Below, in pieces: positions 63,354 to 64,000 of a DNA stretch of 64,000 bases (positions are counted from its first letter, which is position 1; every line of letters starts with the position of its first letter). Position numbers and translations under genes: made by a program. This stretch comes from Candidatus Bilamarchaeaceae archaeon (GTDB lineage: Archaea; Micrarchaeota; Micrarchaeia; Anstonellales; Bilamarchaeaceae), in assembly GCA_038870635.1 (NCBI GenBank), contig JAVZJR010000002.1, forward strand, positions 66,792 to 130,791, read 5' to 3'. The notes under the pieces are model-generated. The model did no database searches. It was not told the DNA's origin and saw nothing but the letters and a program-made list of their open reading frames with translations.

Positions 63354-64000
63354 ATGCTTATTTTGGTTGGTGTTGGAGTAGCAAATGATATAACTATTAA
63401 AGGTTTAGAAGAACTCAAAAAATGTGATGTTGTTTATGCTGAGACATATACAAATCCCCTTCTAAAAGATTTTATCACGCTTCTTGAAAAAAGAATTGGT
63501 AAAAAAATAATTGAACTCAAGCGCGAGCAAGTCGAAAGTAGTTTTCTTATTTTAGAATCTATAGATAAAAATGTTGCTCTTGTTGTAAGTGGCGACCCGC
63601 TTATTGCCACTACGCATGTTATTTTTGTGGATGAATGCCGAAAAAGGAATATTCCATTTAAAGTTATTCATAACTCATCTATCTACTCTGTTGCCCCCGC
63701 GCGCGCTGGTTTGCAAATTTATCGTTTCGGGAAGAGTGCGACTCTTGTGAATCCTCGCCCTAATTATAAGCCGACTTCTTCTCTTGATGTTATTCGTGAT
63801 AATTTAAAACGAGACCTCCATACCTTAGTTCTTCTTGATACTGAACCATCTCCTATGAGTGCCAAAGTTGCATTAGAAATGTTATCGGAATTTGAATACG
63901 CAGTTGTGCTTTCTAGAGTTTGTTGCGAAGATGAAAAAATATCTTATGGAAAAATAAAAGATTTGCTCAACAAAATTAGTGATTTAGGTGTTCCACCTTT
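63354..64000 (+). CDS. dph5: Diphthine synthase, 3'-truncated by window edge
   Basis: MLILVGVGVANDITIKGLEELKKCDVVYAETYTN...VALVVSGDPLIATTH...GLQIYRFGKSATL. The frame is open to the window end. Confidence 0.85.
   Translation, partial: MLILVGVGVANDITIKGLEELKKCDVVYAETYTNPLLKDFITLLEKRIGKKIIELKREQVESSFLILESIDKNVALVVSGDPLIATTHVIFVDECRKRNIPFKVIHNSSIYSVAPARAGLQIYRFGKSATLVNPRPNYKPTSSLDVIRDNLKRDLHTLVLLDTEPSPMSAKVALEMLSEFEYAVVLSRVCCEDEKISYGKIKDLLNKISDLGVPP

Overview
This is a low-GC archaeal chromosome segment. All family calls come from motif recognition by eye; no database search, RNA folding or alignment software was run. Archaeal identity rests on a complete A1A0-ATPase operon (atpHIKECFABD), archaeal/eukaryotic-type ribosomal proteins (L1/P0/P1, L15e, S8e, S19e, L39e, L31e, LX), aIF6, prefoldin alpha, FtsY, diphthine synthase, a Methanococcales-type S-layer protein, two C/D-box sRNAs and GGTG-type Shine-Dalgarno motifs. 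The lineage cannot be assigned from this window. Shortened housekeeping proteins and a huge adhesin-like repertoire would fit a small-genome (DPANN-like) archaeon, but that is inference. A tRNA-Glu(UUC) gene at 30.5 kb splits the window. Left of it is accessory DNA. (i) A ~21 kb island (1-20890) holds ten secreted or membrane-anchored proteins built from shuffled modules: beta-helix, a beta-sandwich, an unassigned ~180-aa W-G-F-W-G domain, Cys-rich knots and CarboxypepD_reg-like domains. It is interrupted only by a frameshifted uvdE. (ii) Next come an arsR-thioredoxin-permease cassette, an ABC-2 exporter and an MgtA-type P-type ATPase. (iii) A 2 kb patch of decayed genes follows. Right of the tRNA is core DNA: translation, ATP synthase, S-layer, tRNA modification and MetRS. 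The most unusual signals are listed here. (1) The modular surface-protein island, with an intragenic gene-conversion tract. (2) A tRNA-Glu whose leader is three tandem ~45-bp units, each repeating the first 11 nt of the tRNA and each keeping a hairpin. (3) Two unannotated intergenic C/D-box sRNAs with exact 12-nt guide spacing. (4) A GC-rich, hairpin-dense ~150-nt leader before the S-layer gene. (5) Frame disruptions confined to accessory genes. No CRISPR array, transposase, integrase or rRNA was seen.
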